Part shown: in pieces, positions 62,753 through 64,000 of the stretch
Layout: every line of letters starts with the position of its first letter
How positions within the stretch are numbered: the stretch's first letter is position 1
NCBI GenBank assembly: GCA_964481195.1
Contig: CAYZTB010000005.1
Span: 10,138-74,137, forward strand
Direction: 5' to 3'
DNA: 64,000 bases
Origin: an uncultured Bacteroidia bacterium
Lineage (GTDB): Bacteria; Bacteroidota; Bacteroidia; Palsa-948
Notes under the pieces: model-generated
What the model saw: only the letters and a program-made list of their open reading frames with translations
Database searches by the model: none
Told to the model about the DNA's origin: nothing
Program-made: the position numbers and the translations under genes

Positions 62753-64000
62753 TTATTTCAAAACGAGTTTTACAACACTTTCTACATGTGCGGTGTGCGG
62801 AAACATATCAACCGGCTGAATTTTTTCAACGCGATACTTTTCGCTCATCCAAGCTATGTCCCTTGCCTGTGTTGCGGGGTTGCAACTTACATACACTATT
62901 GTTTGTGGCGCTAACTCCACAATTTTCTTTACAACATCTTCATGCATCCCTGCGCGAGGAGGATCAGTAATAATTACGTTGGGCGTTCCGTGCGTTGCAA
63001 TGAATTCGTTTGTCAATATGTCTTTAATATCTCCAGCAAAGAATTTTGTATTTGAAATTCCATTGATTTGAGAGTTAATTTTAGCGTCTTCAATGGCTGC
63101 TTCAATGTATTCTATACCAATAATCTTACTTGCTTTTTTGGCTATGAAATTCGCGATAGTGCCTGTGCCAGTATAAAGATCATAAACCACTTCGTTTCCT
63201 TTGAAAGCTGCAAAATCTATCGCTACCTTATATAACTCAAGTGCCTGACTAGAATTAGTCTGAAAAAAAGATTTGGCACTAATGCGGAACTTTAAGCCCT
63301 CCATCTCCTCGCTTATAAAATCTGAGCCTTTATAAAGCTTTACCTCTTGATCAAAAATACTATCGTTCTTTTTAGCATTAATCACATAAAGCAATGAAGT
63401 TATTTCCGGAAATGTTTTAGCAAGGTGTGCTAATAGATTTTCTCTGGCCTCAACGTCTTCATAAAAAAAACAAACTACCACCATCCACTCTCCCGTACTG
63501 GTGCTGCGCAGAATAAGATTACGCAGGAACCCGTTTTGCTTTCGGATATCAAAAAAAGTGAGTTTGTTTTCTACCGCATATTTTCTAACCTCCAACCTAA
63601 TTTTATTGGAGGGCTCTTTCTGTAAATAACATTCATTGATGTCCAGCACCTTATCAAATAATTTAGGAATATGGAAACCTAAAGCATAAGCAGCACTCCC
63701 AAGATCTTCGCCAATGTTTAATATTTTGAAATCCTCTTGCGTTAGCCATCTTTTGTTTGAAAAAGTGTACTCTAGTTTATTTCGATAATGAAATTGCTCT
63801 TTCGAAGGAATAATAGGCAGCAACTCAAGCGTGCTTCCGCTTGCTACCGAAAGTGGAATATGTCCTATTCGTTCAATGGCATCGGTCACGTATTTCTGTT
63901 TAAAAAAAAGTTGAGAGTCGTAACTCATATTTTGCCACCTACAACCTCCACAAACTCCAAAATGAGAACATACTGGGATTGTACGTTTTGCAGATAACGT
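62753..64000 (-). CDS. rlmD: 23S rRNA (uracil-5-)-methyltransferase RlmD/RumA family; N-terminus runs off the window end (the Met at 63928 in the ORF track is internal)
   Basis: The frame stays open upstream of the 63928 Met through the window end. It encodes TLSAKRTIPVCSHFGVCGGCRWQN, the TRAM/Fe-S cysteine cluster. The C-terminus carries the SAM-MTase motifs DLYTGTGTIA and DPPRAG. Confidence 0.8.
   Translation of the reverse strand, partial: TLSAKRTIPVCSHFGVCGGCRWQNMSYDSQLFFKQKYVTDAIERIGHIPLSVASGSTLELLPIIPSKEQFHYRNKLEYTFSNKRWLTQEDFKILNIGEDLGSAAYALGFHIPKLFDKVLDINECYLQKEPSNKIRLEVRKYAVENKLTFFDIRKQNGFLRNLILRSTSTGEWMVVVCFFYEDVEARENLLAHLAKTFPEITSLLYVINAKKNDSIFDQEVKLYKGSDFISEEMEGLKFRISAKSFFQTNSSQALELYKVAIDFAAFKGNEVVYDLYTGTGTIANFIAKKASKIIGIEYIEAAIEDAKINSQINGISNTKFFAGDIKDILTNEFIATHGTPNVIITDPPRAGMHEDVVKKIVELAPQTIVYVSCNPATQARDIAWMSEKYRVEKIQPVDMFPHTAHVESVVKLVLK

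Noticed and set aside
1-64000. Mobile elements, integrases, transposases, phage genes, toxin-antitoxin pairs, restriction-modification or other defence systems
   Set aside because: No ORF has transposase, recombinase, phage, TA or R-M signatures. The YwqK-like MORN protein at 16463 has no adjacent toxin gene.

Overview
This is a low-GC (about 35%) Bacteroidota chromosomal segment. It is rich in T9SS cargo with both type-A and type-B C-terminal sorting domains, which points to a gliding Flavobacteriia, Cytophagia or Sphingobacteriia-like organism. I call about 45 genes. Housekeeping genes are a GH92 fragment, trxB, recQ, the Nif3/zinc-ribbon pair, typA, lpxK, a purine nucleoside phosphorylase, tadA, aspS, glmS, pheT, topA, rlmD and tRNA-Pro(GGG). 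They are interleaved with three accessory blocks. (1) An N-glycan-type block at 1-8.8 kb holds a LacI regulator, a FucP-like MFS transporter and a GH92 alpha-mannosidase on the minus strand. It faces a divergent SprB-repeat/CBM/PKD adhesin and a clear PNGase F homologue carrying a T9SS type-A CTD, with paired palindromic candidate operators in the shared promoter region. (2) A putative protein O-mannosylation-type block contains three PMT/TMTC-like multi-pass membrane proteins with C-terminal TPR arrays (two in tandem at 17.2-21.3 kb, one at 9.8-11.7 kb). Beside the tandem pair are a DPM1-like GT2 polyprenyl-phosphate hexose synthase and a DUF2304 small membrane protein. (3) The headline is a roughly 14.5 kb minus-strand cluster at 42.5-56.8 kb. 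It holds an ECF sigma factor, translationally coupled to a signal-anchored protein whose extracytoplasmic part is PKD domains plus a T9SS type-B CTD, which I read as a candidate anti-sigma or sensor with a paradoxical topology. These are followed in the same operon by three large paralogous PKD/T9SS type-B adhesins, and a fifth paralogue sits just upstream as its own transcription unit. An identical ECF-type promoter (GGCAAC-N15/16-CGTCTT plus a conserved AGTACA downstream box) sits in front of the sigma operon and in front of the monocistronic paralogue. This implies an autoregulated sigma circuit dedicated to a modular adhesin family with variable heads and a conserved PKD/CTD 3' cassette. 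Smaller oddities are an 11-G homopolymer in the typA/lpxK divergent promoter, a degenerate in-frame duplicate of the conserved glmS 3' end just downstream of glmS, and a GC-rich hairpin insert inside a methyltransferase CDS. I found no CRISPR array, IS element, integrase or phage genes. All calls come from reading the translations and DNA by eye; no database searches were run.
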